From positions 33,482,001 to 33,546,000 of the forward strand of contig OZ249440.1 of the NCBI GenBank assembly GCA_965235115.1: a DNA stretch of 64,000 bases, written 5' to 3'. The notes under the pieces were generated by a model that saw nothing but the letters and a program-made list of their open reading frames with translations, did no database searches and was not told where the DNA came from. Position 1 is the stretch's first letter; each line of letters opens with the position of its first letter. The position numbers were made by a program, and so were the translations under genes. Positions 61,842 to 64,000 of the stretch are shown one piece after another. This stretch comes from Laetmonice hystrix. Its lineage: Eukaryota.

Positions 61842-64000
61842 AGGTAAGGTAAGGCAAGGTAATTTTTATTCATGTGACTTGTGTACATCAGCTCATAGTA
61901 TCAAATATTATGTAACAACAAACCTGTAAATTGATATAAATATACATATAAACTTGATATAGATGTCAGTTATTTGAACTTTATGCACCCAGCCCAGCCC
62001 AATACGGGCTTATAAGTCACGAAACAAGTAATTTTAAAATTTAACAGTATAGAGTGATATTTAAGAAAGGAAAAAGGGGGAATTGTAAACGTCCGCATGC
62101 TAATTATAAATAAAGTCTTTTCTTTTGCAGTAACAGAGATAAATAAGTTTTGCAGTTAATTTTACCACATCAGCACTCATCATATATTTTAACCTATTCT
62201 CGTAATTCATCACATCAAAATCTTGGCATTTTTCTCTAAATACCTGAAAGTATATGTTTCTAATAGCGTTATAAAAGGTACATTCGAACAAAAAGTGATT
62301 TTCATCTTCAATAACGTTTTTCTCACATAGAATGCACAGCCTAAATTCAATTGGGATTTGAGTGTACCTGCCAGTCTCTATTTTAATAGGGAGGATACCA
62401 CATTGAAATTGTGTTAGTAATGATCTATGTTGTCTATTGTATATTTTATAAACATAGGGTTCTGTATAATAGTTTTCTTTAAAAGTGAAGTATGTACGGA
62501 GTTTAGGGACCACTGGTAACTCATTTATCCATTCTTGCTTTTCTACATCATGAAGATACTTTCTTGCTTTATCTAAATCAGCTTCTAAATTATTATGGTA
62601 TCCATCAGTCATATCTAAAGATGATAGTACTTGTAAACATCACTATTCCAGTTACCAGTTGATCTCCTGCAGCTGCTATTAACCCTTTCAGGGCGGACGA
62701 TGCCTTGAGGCATTACCGTGCCAGGGCGGACGATGCCTTGAGGCATTACCGCCCCAGGGCGGACGATGCTTTGAGGCACTTTTTTGTCTACTCCGACCAC
62801 TCCACGTAAATCAGCCCCATTGATAGCAAGGATTGTCAATCACCCAACTACTGCCGAGTAGCTGTACTAACTCCTCCCCCTTACATATTACGTTGATTGC
62901 TATTGTCTTTTAGACATGTGTCCCAAAATCATGTTTTTCGAGAAGAAAATCCAAAATGGCTCGCCCACGTGGTGTGGTGCGCAAAACTGGGTCAGCCCTC
63001 TGTGACGACTGTGAGGTAACAAACGTCGCCAGCATAGTCACAAGTAAAGATTTCCTTAGTCAAACGTTCTGACTGCATTTTCATTAGCCTATTCCAATAC
63101 CGTAACATTTCGACCTTTCTTCCGACACCACTGCCTATCCAGCCCACGTCCCCATTTATTGCCAGATTTGGAGCGAATTTGTGGACCCCTAGGTAAAATC
63201 TAATGGCTCTGTTTTGTACTGTGTCGCTATATCCGAATTTCTGGTATCCCTAAATCCCAGAACAGTAATCAAGAATTGGTGCCACTCCTGAGTGAAAGAG
63301 TTTTGTGTAACTGCTGAACCCCATTCCTTTAAGTTTACTAAATTTAGTATAGATAGCGCCCAGTGCTCTACTGGCGGGACTGGCTAAGACAGAAGCAGTG
63401 GTCTAGACTAAGTGTTCATCAAGAACAATACCCAAATATTTATATTTATCTACACATTCAACCATTTCATTATCAAACTTAAATTGAAAATCAGTTCTTT
63501 GGTGTTTTGCAGTTTTAAAATGTACAATCTTGGTTTTTCTTACATTTACTTTCATTCTCCATTGTTTACACCATTTCTCTAGAATATTTAACATTTCTTG
63601 GAGGTCTTCCTCGGATTCAGCAATTATGGCAAAGTCATCCGCATACAGTAAGAGTGCAATAATAAGACTTTCACTTAATTTGATGCCTTTTCTGTTATTC
63701 AGCACTGATGTGGAAAGTAAGCTTATCCCCCTATATTCCAGTGGCAAGCGTGGGTCGAGGAGAGAGTTCTTTGGTATGGGCTTTATTATGGCTAGGTTCC
63801 AGATCCTAGGTGTAAGACTGGATTCATAGATCTTATTAAAAAGCAAAGTTAAAATCCTGTCTGATCCATTATTCTTAAATATTTAATAAGGTAGGTTATC
63901 ACTACCAACTGATTTATTGTTGCGTGCTCGATTTACTACTTTTTAAACTTCGTCCACACTAATTTCGTGGTCTAATTCATCAAAATAATTGTTTGTGTTT
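61842..64000 (-). mobile_element. Non-LTR retrotransposon (RTEX/CR1-like) 3' part, deleted and interrupted
   Basis: YRGISLLS, LLYADD and YKYLG; C-terminus KLRTY...IETGRY...LCILC...EDENHFLFEC; (CCTTA)n-like tail at ~61842-61862. Confidence 0.82.
62683..63300. mobile_element. piggyBac-like MITE with 33-bp internal tandem repeats
   Basis: TTAA-CCCTTTCA ... TGAAAGAG; CAGGGCGGACGATGCCTTGAGGCATTACCG(T/C)GC about three times at 62689-62778; right TTAA degenerate. Confidence 0.6.

Noticed and set aside
1..64000. Uni-strand (flamenco-like) orientation bias
   Set aside because: Coding remnants occur on both strands with no dominant orientation.

Overview
Eukaryotic (invertebrate-like, inferred from the element repertoire) DNA made almost entirely of nested transposable elements, with no intact host gene, rRNA, tRNA or CRISPR array recognisable. 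The window opens with a decayed L1/Tx1-type LINE on the minus strand. Its ORF1 C-terminus runs, across 1-nt frameshifts, into a complete NADAR (YbiA-like) domain, which is the most unusual feature here. A young I-clade LINE family (gag-like ORF1; APE-RT-RNase H ORF2) occurs as an RT-deleted TSD-flanked copy (970-6028), a head-to-tail dimer inside one 13-bp TSD (17606-26358) and two remnants; its RNA carries a similar predicted H-type pseudoknot at the 5' end and in the 3' UTR. Other elements: a THAP-DDE (ISL2EU-like) transposon, an intron-containing Harbinger (Myb/SANT gene plus transposase), CR1/L2-group LINEs, Gypsy, Ginger (Ulp1+PHD), Crypton, MULE, P-like and hAT remnants, many MITEs, a 41-42 bp G-rich minisatellite, and two inverted 1.55-kb TTAA-flanked elements forming a 3.9-kb quasi-palindrome. 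Family assignments come from motif recognition by eye, not database searches. TSD/TIR coordinates were read directly; remnant boundaries are approximate.
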